Shown here one piece after another: positions 1-8,118 of a stretch of DNA of 64,000 nt. The notes beneath the pieces are model-generated. The model did not search any database. It had not been told where the DNA came from and saw only the letters and a program-made list of their open reading frames with translations. Made by a program: the position numbers and the translations under genes. The DNA comes from an uncultured Candidatus Saccharibacteria bacterium. Its GTDB lineage: Bacteria; Patescibacteriota; Saccharimonadia; CAILAD01; BJGX01. Location of the stretch: NCBI GenBank assembly GCA_964552475.1, contig CAZKFZ010000002.1:70160-134159 (forward strand), read 5' to 3'. Numbering within the stretch: position 1 is the first letter of the stretch; the number at the start of each line of letters is the position of its first letter.

Positions 1-225
1 TTCAAGTCGCTTGGGGGTTACCCCGTGTTCGTTGAAGGCTCTGCTTACAGATGTTGCGATGGTGAAACCTGGCGGTACCGGCAGCCCAAGGGCAGCCATC
101 TCCGCCAAGCCCGCACCTTTGCCACCCCGTACTTTGGAGTTGCGAGTAGTGCTACTACCTTCGTTAAAAGGCAGTACTGCCTGACGGTTAGACGCCACGT
201 TTCTTCTCCTGTAGATAGTTGGATA
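1..225 (+). ncRNA. rnpB: RNase P RNA (rnpB), 3' portion, 5' end truncated by the window
   Basis: GGTGAAAC-CTGGCGGTACCGGCAGCC matches the universally conserved P10-P12 block (E. coli GGGUGAAAGGGUGCGGUAAGAGCGCACC). The upstream GGGGGTTACCCC resembles the GGGGGGGAAACCC stem. The overlapping track ORFs 25..234(+) and 45..254(-) have no coding support. Confidence 0.5.
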
Positions 226-267
226 CGGCTGTGAAATAACGATTTTATAAGCATTGTTTCACAGCCG
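226..267 (+). terminator. Perfect 11-bp inverted repeat hairpin (cggctgtgaaa / tttcacagccg) after rnpB
   Basis: Perfect 11-bp stem seen directly. No strong T-run follows, so it may instead be part of the RNA 3' structure. Confidence 0.3.
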
Positions 268-424
268 TAACCAGGTACTACAGGGTTTGTTGATATAATT
301 ACTATTTAGTTGTCAAATTTCAACAGATAAACCATTGATAAAGTTTATCGGCTATCTATATTACTACAAAACACCTTATTTGTCAATAGTTTTATAGGTC
401 TGCCAATGATTGTATAATACCTAA

Positions 425-1234
425 ATGAAACAAGCTCTAAATCAAGAAATTGTGATAATCAAGGTTGGCACTAATACCCTTGTACAAAAACTAGCTACTA
501 AAAAGGAGGTATTGGGCAAGGATGTTTTTGAGAGCATCGCTAGCCAAGTATTAATACTCAGAAAAAGCGGCACGCAGGTGATATTGGTCTCTTCGGCAGC
601 TATTACTGCCGGTATGATAGCTACAAAATTAAGCATTCGCCCGTCTGAGAGCGACTCTATTCCTGAACTTCAACGCCTTGCTAGTATTGGCTGGCGACAC
701 ATACTCAACCACTGGCAAGAAGCCTTTGGAGATTTAGTAATTGGTGAGCTACTACTTACGAAGTACGAACTAAGCCGAGATTTGCCAGAAAGAGATGAGG
801 CTCTCCGTACTATTTATACCCTATTATCACATGGTGATTTACCAATTATTAACGAGAATGACGCAATATCCCACGACGAAATAACTTTTGGTGATAACGA
901 TATGTTGGCAGCAAATTTGGCTTTGCAAATTACAAACTCACCTCTATTTGCTAGTAAAGTAAAATTGATGCTACTAACAGATGTTGACGGATTGTACAGT
1001 GATAAAAATGACGCCGACACAGTTATTAGAACGGTAGACGACATTTCTAAATACAAACACCTAGCAGATAACACCACATCTAAAAACTCAAAAGGAGGTA
1101 TAAGAAGTAAGTTAGATGCCGCCGATCTTATTACTTCTAAGGGAATAGAAATGATTATTGTAAATGGCAAAGCTCCAAATTCTATCTTACGCTCACTAAA
1201 AAGAGAAATAGGTACAACTTTTGTGGCTAAATAG
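425..1234 (+). CDS. proB: Glutamate 5-kinase / amino-acid kinase family protein (ProB-like, no PUA domain)
   Basis: N-terminus IVIIKVGTNTL matches the ProB/aspartokinase ATP-binding start. 269 aa fits the kinase core. An AAGGAGG-like sequence lies upstream. Confidence 0.55.
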   Translation: MKQALNQEIVIIKVGTNTLVQKLATKKEVLGKDVFESIASQVLILRKSGTQVILVSSAAITAGMIATKLSIRPSESDSIPELQRLASIGWRHILNHWQEAFGDLVIGELLLTKYELSRDLPERDEALRTIYTLLSHGDLPIINENDAISHDEITFGDNDMLAANLALQITNSPLFASKVKLMLLTDVDGLYSDKNDADTVIRTVDDISKYKHLADNTTSKNSKGGIRSKLDAADLITSKGIEMIIVNGKAPNSILRSLKREIGTTFVAK

Positions 1235-1242
1235 ACAAATTA

Positions 1243-1283
1243 ATGTAAATAAAAAACGGAACAATCCATACACGGTGTTCCGT
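1243..1283 (+). terminator. Rho-independent terminator (aacggaaca...tgttccgtt + T-run)
   Basis: aaaaacggaacaatccatacacggtgttccgttttttat. Stem followed by T6. Bidirectional position between proB and a minus-strand small ORF. Confidence 0.6.
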
Positions 1284-1299
1284 TTTTTATACTGTAGCC

Positions 1300-1461
1300 T
1301 TAGAAAGCTTTGGTGAGTATCCAGATTGCTCCAGCAACGGCTAGAAAGAAAAGACCTAGTCCAACTGGTGATCCCCAGCTAAACCAAGAACCCCATGAAC
1401 GCCAATGTTTTTTTGACCGTTCATACCAATCTATCTGCTCTTGTGGTGTCATTTTTGCCAT
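1300..1461 (-). CDS. Small hypothetical membrane protein (53 aa), not in the ORF track
   Basis: Minus-strand ORF MAKMTPQEQIDWYERSKKHWRSWGSWFSWGSPVGLGLFFLAVAGAIWILTKAF, with a GGAG 8 nt upstream of the ATG. Preferred over the overlapping track ORF 1310..1591(+), which has no RBS. Confidence 0.3.
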   Translation of the reverse strand: MAKMTPQEQIDWYERSKKHWRSWGSWFSWGSPVGLGLFFLAVAGAIWILTKAF

Positions 1462-1663
1462 CTCTTTGACTCCTTATTTAGTTGATATTGAGTCTCAAAA
1501 TTTATGTTTGCCAGTAAGTAAGTTGTTCTTAGGAAACTTAAGCTTACTCTATAGTCTGGGCTTAATAACAAACTTAATTATAGCAAATTAACAAGCAAAG
1601 TATAAAATTAGCTGGGCTTACTCAGTATATAGAGCTGTAGTTTAATATACTATTCTTGCTAGG

Positions 1664-1849
1664 TTAACTTGTCTTAGTGAAACCAATAGTGCCAGTAACT
1701 TGAAGCACAAGACCTATAGTTAGTAATAGCATTTGTAGACTTTGTGAATCTTTCTGCATGATTCCTGTAATGATCAAGAATATTCCTGCAGCTATTAGCA
1801 TTACGTTTAATACTTTGTTACCTAAATTTGAAGATTGTTTTTTTGCCAT
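1664..1849 (-). CDS. Small hypothetical membrane protein (61 aa)
   Basis: Two hydrophobic helices. ATG preceded by aaagaaagtATG, a weak SD. Confidence 0.3.
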   Translation of the reverse strand: MAKKQSSNLGNKVLNVMLIAAGIFLIITGIMQKDSQSLQMLLLTIGLVLQVTGTIGFTKTS

Positions 1850-2039
1850 ACTTTCTTTCTTTTAATAATGCTTATGTTTATTGTAACAAATAGTATACTT
1901 GGTAGACTATAAAAAATTCAATCTTTAATTTGGCTGAGCATACAGGTCACGAACATCGCAAACAGGGGTAATGAGACACATAAATGAGACAAATGGGACA
2001 TAAAACTAGTATGTTTTGCAATTTGAGACCCAGATTTGA

Positions 2040-3026
2040 CTACCTTGACTGAATATCCTTTAAGCTAGTGCCCCCAATGCTATCGGTGTATGGATTTGGT
2101 GTTTCAACCTCAGTTGGCTGCACTGCTACAATTGTGTAAGTTTTTGAAGGATAAAGTCGAGTCTTTTTGAAAATATTTATACATTTTAGGTCCTCTTTTT
2201 TGACGTAATGTCTGAAGTAAGCATTAGCTACTATATCGGCCATCCGTATCTCAAAATACTCCTTTGAATCATAAAAATTCATACAATTTCGAATTTCATT
2301 AGTAAAGACAGCTAGATTCTCTCTAGATTTTGGATATTTGTTAAATCGTTTTATGTATGGATGATTACTTTTCCATGTGTCTAGATGGATGAACCCGCCA
2401 CCATGATATGACAAATGCCACAAAGCGGTCCTCATTGTGTCCAACCAGTAGCGCATATGAATCGGCTTTTCTATAAATCCTTTGTCCATGCGTATCGTTA
2501 GTTCACCAAGTTCACGATCGAATCCCTTGTTTACGCTCCAAATAATAGAGTCGTTAATTGCACCAAATATCGTGCTAGCTAGAAGTTCGATTTTGAGAAG
2601 TGTTTTAAGGCTGCGCTTTGATAGCCATTTGGACATATCAACGTAAAATTGTGCAATTTCGTAATATTCTTTGCCATCTTTTCTATACTGGTCAGCGCCT
2701 TCAAGCAGTTGTCGCACATTCTTAGTTCTCTGGTTTTTAACAGTTTCGACATTGAAATCAATCAAGGGGGTAGCAAATACATGGTGCTTCGTGCCGTGGA
2801 CATTGTTGTTAAGCAAGATATTTTCAGCAAAATACATCAATTGTTCATCATTGAGCAGCCAGCCTTTTACTTCGCCGTCTTTCTTGCATTCTTCGGGTAA
2901 ATCGCTTTCCCACTTTTCAAACACACTTTTTAATTTATCGTACTTCTTGGGACGTACATACACGGCAGCAAACATGCCCATATGCTCGTCCTTGAAGCTG
3001 CCCGAGTCATCTATTCCAACAATCAT
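2040..3026 (-). CDS. Hypothetical protein, 328 aa (N-terminal MIVGIDDSGS, possibly DUF3800/RNase-H-like fold)
   Basis: Long ORF. Start overlaps the stop of the upstream gene by TAATG, indicating translational coupling. Family not recognised confidently. Confidence 0.5.
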   Translation of the reverse strand: MIVGIDDSGSFKDEHMGMFAAVYVRPKKYDKLKSVFEKWESDLPEECKKDGEVKGWLLNDEQLMYFAENILLNNNVHGTKHHVFATPLIDFNVETVKNQRTKNVRQLLEGADQYRKDGKEYYEIAQFYVDMSKWLSKRSLKTLLKIELLASTIFGAINDSIIWSVNKGFDRELGELTIRMDKGFIEKPIHMRYWLDTMRTALWHLSYHGGGFIHLDTWKSNHPYIKRFNKYPKSRENLAVFTNEIRNCMNFYDSKEYFEIRMADIVANAYFRHYVKKEDLKCINIFKKTRLYPSKTYTIVAVQPTEVETPNPYTDSIGGTSLKDIQSR

Positions 3027-3661
3027 TAGGGATATTCAGCGCCAATCACGTTTAGAAGAAGCTCAGTATTTACGTCCTTTGATTCAAGCAAGAAATCTAC
3101 TGTAATCCGTGTAACATCTGGCAAATAGCTTAAAAGCGAATCGCCGTTAACGATCCAGTTACGATTGCTTCCGTCATGCTCAAACACTTTATGAGACTTA
3201 GCTTTCTCCAAAATATCTTCTATCGATCCACTGTGCCCAGGCCTAAATTCAAAAGAAAGTACCGCTTTTCCGGGCTCTACAGTGAGCCTATGTGCCAGAT
3301 AGTCCCTGAAGCCGCTCCACACCAACTCTAAGATTTCGCCGTTGCCAGAAAGACCAAGATCTAACCCACTACTTTGGATAAACTTCATAAAATGGACGAA
3401 AGTTTCAGTTTCATTTATAGCACTGCCATCTGGATTGAACTTATCGGGTCTTTTGACGCAGTAATAAGTTTTGCCTAAGAAATTAAGTGCTGTAAAAAGA
3501 CTTAATGCTACTACAATGTTGCCACCGCCAATATTATCAGATGTCCCTTTATGTTGAAGGTTATGCTTTCTTATGTAGATGAAAGCCTTAAGATCATTTT
3601 GAACGCCCGCAATTCGGTCTAGGATATCTTCGGTACATTTTTCTACAACAGGGTCTCTCAT
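3026..3661 (-). CDS. Hypothetical protein, 211 aa
   Basis: Long ORF, first gene of the coupled pair, downstream of a 410-nt divergent intergenic region. No recognisable motifs. Confidence 0.45.
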   Translation of the reverse strand: MRDPVVEKCTEDILDRIAGVQNDLKAFIYIRKHNLQHKGTSDNIGGGNIVVALSLFTALNFLGKTYYCVKRPDKFNPDGSAINETETFVHFMKFIQSSGLDLGLSGNGEILELVWSGFRDYLAHRLTVEPGKAVLSFEFRPGHSGSIEDILEKAKSHKVFEHDGSNRNWIVNGDSLLSYLPDVTRITVDFLLESKDVNTELLLNVIGAEYP

Positions 3662-4071
3662 AAGCTAACTATAAAACTTAATATGACTGTCATCAAGCAA
3701 ACTATACAGTGGTGATTGGAATGACGACAGTTTTAGCGAGTTTGTCAGAGTTTGTTAGACTTCATTGTAAAATAGTGTTCTGATATTGCAATTGCCGAGC
3801 CTGCTTGATATTCTGAAGTTACGCATAAGCGTTACATTAACAATCTAGCTACACAGTTCCAAGGAGTTAACCGAAGCTCAACATATGAGCGCCCCCGAGG
3901 AATTGGTCATAATCTTATCCCAACGGATACGACAAGAGGTATATTTCACACTGCACCAGCAGTCGTAGGAAACGGCCCAGTTATGATTAATTCTTTAGTG
4001 GTGCTCTTTTATTTGTCTTGAATTGTGCCCAATTGAATTTGTGGTTGGTATAACTACAAAGGAGAAGAGGT

Positions 4072-5403
4072 ATGGATGCTTCAAAGCAGCTCAAGATTGA
4101 GCAAGTTAAAATATCAAAACTAAAAGCAGCAACTTACAACCCGCGCAGCTGGAGTGAGGAGACCAAAAAGCAACTGGCCGATAGCATCAGTCAGTTCGGA
4201 TTGGTAGATCCACTGCTGGTAAACGGTGCCGAGAACCGCAAAAACGTAGTAATTGGTGGGCATTTTAGACTACACATAGCTAAAGAACTCGGGTACAAAG
4301 AAGTACCTGTGGTTTATTTGGATATTCCAGACGAAGCGCGTGAGAAAGAGCTGAACCTTCGTTTAAACAAAGCGCTCGGCGAGTGGAACTGGGAAATGTT
4401 GTCCGAGTTCGACGAAACACTGCTGGCTGATGTTGGCTTTAGTAGTGAAGAGTTGGACACCATCTTCGATATTGAACTTGAGGAGTCGGATACCTTTGAT
4501 CTGCAAAAAGAACTGAAAAAACTGGATATCAAGTCAATTGAAGCCAAAAAAGGCTATGTGTACAAGCTTGGTGATTCAAGGCTAATGATTGGTGACAGTA
4601 CTGTTGATTCTGATTTCGACAAATTAATGGATGGTCAATTGGCTGATATGTGCCTGACGGACCAGCCGTATCGGCTCTCATACACTAAGGGTGGCATCCG
4701 CCAGGGTAAGCCAACTGAGGGCTTTGGTGCTAAGCGCAACCGCAAGTATTTGGAAACTGACGAGTTACCCGAAGACTTTGTCCAGCTCTGGATGGCAAAT
4801 GTTGCCAGGCATGCCAAAGATGATTTCTCTATCATTGCCTATGAAGCGTGGCACAACATGCGTGAAATGTGGGACTGCATGTCCGAGCATTGGACCATCC
4901 GGAATATGCTCATCTGGCACGTACCGAAACGTCATCAAGGTTTTGCTGCCAAGTACAAATTCTTCAGTAAGTACGACATAGCCATGGTTGGCAGCAGCGG
5001 CACCGTGCAGTACAACCACGACGAAGAACCCGATGGCTTACAGGAGGAATATGAAGCTGCACTTTACGCCACAGTCGGTAAGCCGCAATGGGAAGGCTAT
5101 CAGAAAGGCCGCAAGTATCAGCCAAGTGACTTTGTATCGTTTCCTGCAAATGATGAAAAGAGCTCCGGCCAAGGAATAATCTTTGGTACAAAGCCACTTG
5201 AAATCCTAATCCCGTACATAAAAGTACTGACAAGACGTGACGACCTGATAGTTGAGCCCTTCGGCGGGTCAGGATCGACGCTAATTGCAGCTACTATGCT
5301 CAAACGGCGTTGTTTCATCATGGAAAAATCACCAGTTTACGCTGAAGTGATTATGAAACGATGGGAAAATCTTACTGGTCTCAAGCGGGAGAAGCTGTCG
5401 TGA
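4072..5403 (+). CDS. ParB-like nuclease N-terminal domain fused to an N4/N6 DNA methyltransferase (beta-class)
   Basis: N-terminus is ParB/Srx-like (GGHFRL). LTDQPY (motif IV-like, DPPY variant) precedes EPFGGSGSTLIAA (motif I FxGxG), typical of pfam01555 phage/plasmid MTases. SD aaaggagaag upstream. Confidence 0.7.
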   Translation: MDASKQLKIEQVKISKLKAATYNPRSWSEETKKQLADSISQFGLVDPLLVNGAENRKNVVIGGHFRLHIAKELGYKEVPVVYLDIPDEAREKELNLRLNKALGEWNWEMLSEFDETLLADVGFSSEELDTIFDIELEESDTFDLQKELKKLDIKSIEAKKGYVYKLGDSRLMIGDSTVDSDFDKLMDGQLADMCLTDQPYRLSYTKGGIRQGKPTEGFGAKRNRKYLETDELPEDFVQLWMANVARHAKDDFSIIAYEAWHNMREMWDCMSEHWTIRNMLIWHVPKRHQGFAAKYKFFSKYDIAMVGSSGTVQYNHDEEPDGLQEEYEAALYATVGKPQWEGYQKGRKYQPSDFVSFPANDEKSSGQGIIFGTKPLEILIPYIKVLTRRDDLIVEPFGGSGSTLIAATMLKRRCFIMEKSPVYAEVIMKRWENLTGLKREKLS

Positions 5404-5828
5404 GCCGAAATAAGAAAGCAGATAAGAAACAATTGTTAGCGAAGCTCGCGGAAACACCGATTACTGAGGCAGCCTGTAAGAAAGTTGGGCTGCCTCGCTC
5501 AACCTATTACCGCTGGCGGAAAGAAGATCCGGATTTCGCTGAGCAGTGTGATGAAGTTATTGAGCTTAGTGTTGGCCGGATTAATGATCTGGCAGAATCA
5601 CAGCTTATCAACGCCATTAAAAACCAGAACATGTCAGCTATAACATTCTGGCTTAAGCATCATCACCGAAGCTATAGGAATCGACTGGAAGTCGATGCAC
5701 GATTACAACCGGTGCAACAAGAGCTGACACCGGAGCAAACTGAAATGGTAAATAAAGCCCTGCAGCTGGCAGGCATAACAACATTAAACGAGGAGCAAGA
5801 AAATGATGAACGATCAATTAAAGCGTAA
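5400..5828 (+). CDS. Phage terminase small subunit-like HTH protein
   Basis: GLPRSTYYRWRKEDPDF HTH typical of TerS. Probable GTG start at 5400 overlapping the upstream TGA (track ORF begins at 5361). Directly precedes and overlaps TerL. Confidence 0.55.
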   Translation: MSRNKKADKKQLLAKLAETPITEAACKKVGLPRSTYYRWRKEDPDFAEQCDEVIELSVGRINDLAESQLINAIKNQNMSAITFWLKHHHRSYRNRLEVDARLQPVQQELTPEQTEMVNKALQLAGITTLNEEQENDERSIKA

Positions 5829-7311
5829 GTTATTTACCGACAAACTAATCCGGGCAGAGGTAACGGCAAATAGCCACCTATACTTCTTCTCGACCTATTT
5901 TGCTAATTATATGGAGTATGAGATATCTGATCTGCACCGGGAGCTGTTTGCACTCACCGAGCAAGATGAAACACCACTGGCAGTCGTGATGGCGTTTCGT
6001 GGTTCTGCCAAGTCAACGATTATGACTATGAGCTACCCTATTTGGGCGGTAGTTGGTCGGCAGCAAAAGAAATTCGTGGTTATTGCTAGTCAAACACAGT
6101 ATCAGGCGCGGGTTCACTTAACTAACATCAAGCGGGAGCTGGAAAGCAACGAGTTGCTGGCAAACGATCTAGGGCCGTTTGTAGAACAGCGTGAAGAGTG
6201 GGGGTCAACCTCACTCTTCATCCCTAAGTACAACGCCCGTATCACCGCTATATCTACTGAGCAGAGCGTTCGTGGTATCCGTCACGGCTCTAAGCGTCCA
6301 GACCTGATCATTGCTGATGACGTCGAAGATGCACAGTCTGTGAAGACCCGTGAGGGCCGTAACAAGACCTTTGACTGGTATACAGGTGAGATCATCCCCG
6401 CGGGCGATATCAACACAAAAAGAATAGTTGTTGGTAACTTGCTTCACGAAGATTCGCTACTGATGCGTTTAAAGGATTTGATCGAACGTGACGAGATAGA
6501 TGGCTCTTTCATTGAATGGCCAATTGTAAAGCAAGGCAAAAGCACATGGCCGGGTAAATTTCCTGATAAAGCTGTCGTCAAGCGAATGGAGCGCAGTGTT
6601 GCCAGCCGTATCGCATGGGAGCGTGAATACATGCTTAATTTGGTTGCTGACGACGATCAGATTATCGACCGCAAAATGATCCAATACTACGACGAGCTGC
6701 CAACACAACTGCGTGGCCAATATACTCGTATTATCATTGGCGTCGACCTTGCTATATCTGAAAACGATAAAGCTGACTTTACTGCCATTCTAATACTGGA
6801 TATACGTGGCTCTGGCGACAGACAGCGGATGTATATAAGGCCAAATATCGTAAACAAGCGGCTGTCATTTCCCGATACGGTTAGCTTGCTTAAGGAGACT
6901 AGCGACAACTTTCGATACCCGAAGCTTTACATCGAACAGACAGCCTATCAAGCGGCAGTGGTACAACAACTCACTGCTGATGGGCTTGATGTGCAAGGTG
7001 TGACGCCGCACTCCGACAAGCGTTCACGACTTAATATGGTAGCTGACAAAATTCAACGTGGTGTCATCCTGTTTCCGCGTATGGGCGCAGAGGAACTAAT
7101 TACACAGTTGATTGGGTTTGGTGTAGAGAAACATGACGACCTAGTAGATGCCTTAACGACTGCTGTTCTTGAGTTTATACGTGATGATCGCCGTGGAGGC
7201 ACAGTAACAATAGGCAGAGCCTCGGATATTTTTGGTGATAGGTATCCTGGATCAAACCGTCGCAGAAGTGGCCGTGATTATTGGAATCGACGGTTAGATG
7301 ATTGGGATTAG
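5803..7311 (+). CDS. Phage terminase large subunit
   Basis: Walker A-like RGSAKST and Walker B IIADDVED in the N-terminal ATPase. C-terminal RNase-H-like nuclease (IGVDLAISEND...D). 502 aa. Confidence 0.8.
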   Translation: MMNDQLKRKLFTDKLIRAEVTANSHLYFFSTYFANYMEYEISDLHRELFALTEQDETPLAVVMAFRGSAKSTIMTMSYPIWAVVGRQQKKFVVIASQTQYQARVHLTNIKRELESNELLANDLGPFVEQREEWGSTSLFIPKYNARITAISTEQSVRGIRHGSKRPDLIIADDVEDAQSVKTREGRNKTFDWYTGEIIPAGDINTKRIVVGNLLHEDSLLMRLKDLIERDEIDGSFIEWPIVKQGKSTWPGKFPDKAVVKRMERSVASRIAWEREYMLNLVADDDQIIDRKMIQYYDELPTQLRGQYTRIIIGVDLAISENDKADFTAILILDIRGSGDRQRMYIRPNIVNKRLSFPDTVSLLKETSDNFRYPKLYIEQTAYQAAVVQQLTADGLDVQGVTPHSDKRSRLNMVADKIQRGVILFPRMGAEELITQLIGFGVEKHDDLVDALTTAVLEFIRDDRRGGTVTIGRASDIFGDRYPGSNRRRSGRDYWNRRLDDWD

Positions 7312-7338
7312 GCAACTTCTGGCAAGTGGTAGAGCTGT

Positions 7339-8118
7339 CTACTTAGCTTCGGCTTGTTTTAGTTTTACCACTTCGTCGCGGTGGTTCCAGAAAATACAGT
7401 AGTCACAGTCTGGATTTGCATCTGGGATTATATCGGCGTCCAGAGTCTGTTTCAGTTTCAAAATAGTAGGCTCGACCCACTCATCATTGCCGTCGTGTTC
7501 AATCACGTGGATGTCAAAGTTAATGCAGGCATCAAAAGACTCTTCGTTGGGCTTGCCGGTGCAGTAAACCCAGTATGCTTTGTTAGACATTTTGAGGCCG
7601 TTCTTACGTAGAAGCCATTGGTATACCTCCAACTGACGTCGATAACCATTATGATAAGATGCATCGCCTAGTTCTGTTACAGGGTCTGCTTTAGCCGTAG
7701 CCTTGTAGTCAGCAACGATATACTCACCATTACCGCTGATCCATAGGTCGTCGATAGCACCGGTGATAATCAATTTAGTAGGCTCATGTAAATACTGCAC
7801 GCCCTTGAAGTTCTCGCGCCATTCATCAATCATTTCGTGTGGTGCGGGCTTTGCATCTACGCCAAACTGATCAAGTAGAGGATGCGAACCACCGTTTTCT
7901 CGCAATGTATCAAACTCATTTTTTAGCATGGAATCTACAGCTGAGTTCAATGCAAATGGGAACCCAGGTGGACGACCAAGTCCAAGTCGACGATCAATAT
8001 AGAAGCACCGTGGACACTCCATAAATAAGTCTATTTTTGACCGTGAAAGTTTGAAAGGTTTATCGTCGGTAGGCGAGTATATATTTCTTGTTCTTTTGCC
8101 TTTGTAATATTCGCTCAT
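7339..8118 (-). CDS. Cas4-like / RecB-family PD-(D/E)XK nuclease with Cys cluster
   Basis: N-terminal KLSRSKIDLFMECPRCFY, a central D...VADYK core, QLEVYQW (QxxxY) and C-terminal CDYCIFW. Start overlaps the MTase stop by ATGA. Confidence 0.7.
   Translation of the reverse strand: MSEYYKGKRTRNIYSPTDDKPFKLSRSKIDLFMECPRCFYIDRRLGLGRPPGFPFALNSAVDSMLKNEFDTLRENGGSHPLLDQFGVDAKPAPHEMIDEWRENFKGVQYLHEPTKLIITGAIDDLWISGNGEYIVADYKATAKADPVTELGDASYHNGYRRQLEVYQWLLRKNGLKMSNKAYWVYCTGKPNEESFDACINFDIHVIEHDGNDEWVEPTILKLKQTLDADIIPDANPDCDYCIFWNHRDEVVKLKQAEAK

Noticed and set aside
25-254. Track ORFs 25..234(+) and 45..254(-)
   Set aside because: They overlap the recognisable RNase P RNA conserved core (GGTGAAAC...GCGGTA...). 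There is no RBS, and an RNA gene explains the region better.
1310-1591. Track ORF 1310..1591(+) 93 aa
   Set aside because: No SD. It starts right after a terminator and has an odd composition. The antisense 53-aa ORF (1300-1461, minus) has a GGAG SD and a clean TM helix, so that one was preferred (still low confidence).
1850-4071. Duplicated tRNA-Gln 3' fragment marking attL
   Set aside because: I searched the candidate left-boundary intergenic regions by eye for ggattcgaacc and similar tRNA-derived strings and found none. This is consistent with serine-recombinase integration, so the boundary is left approximate.
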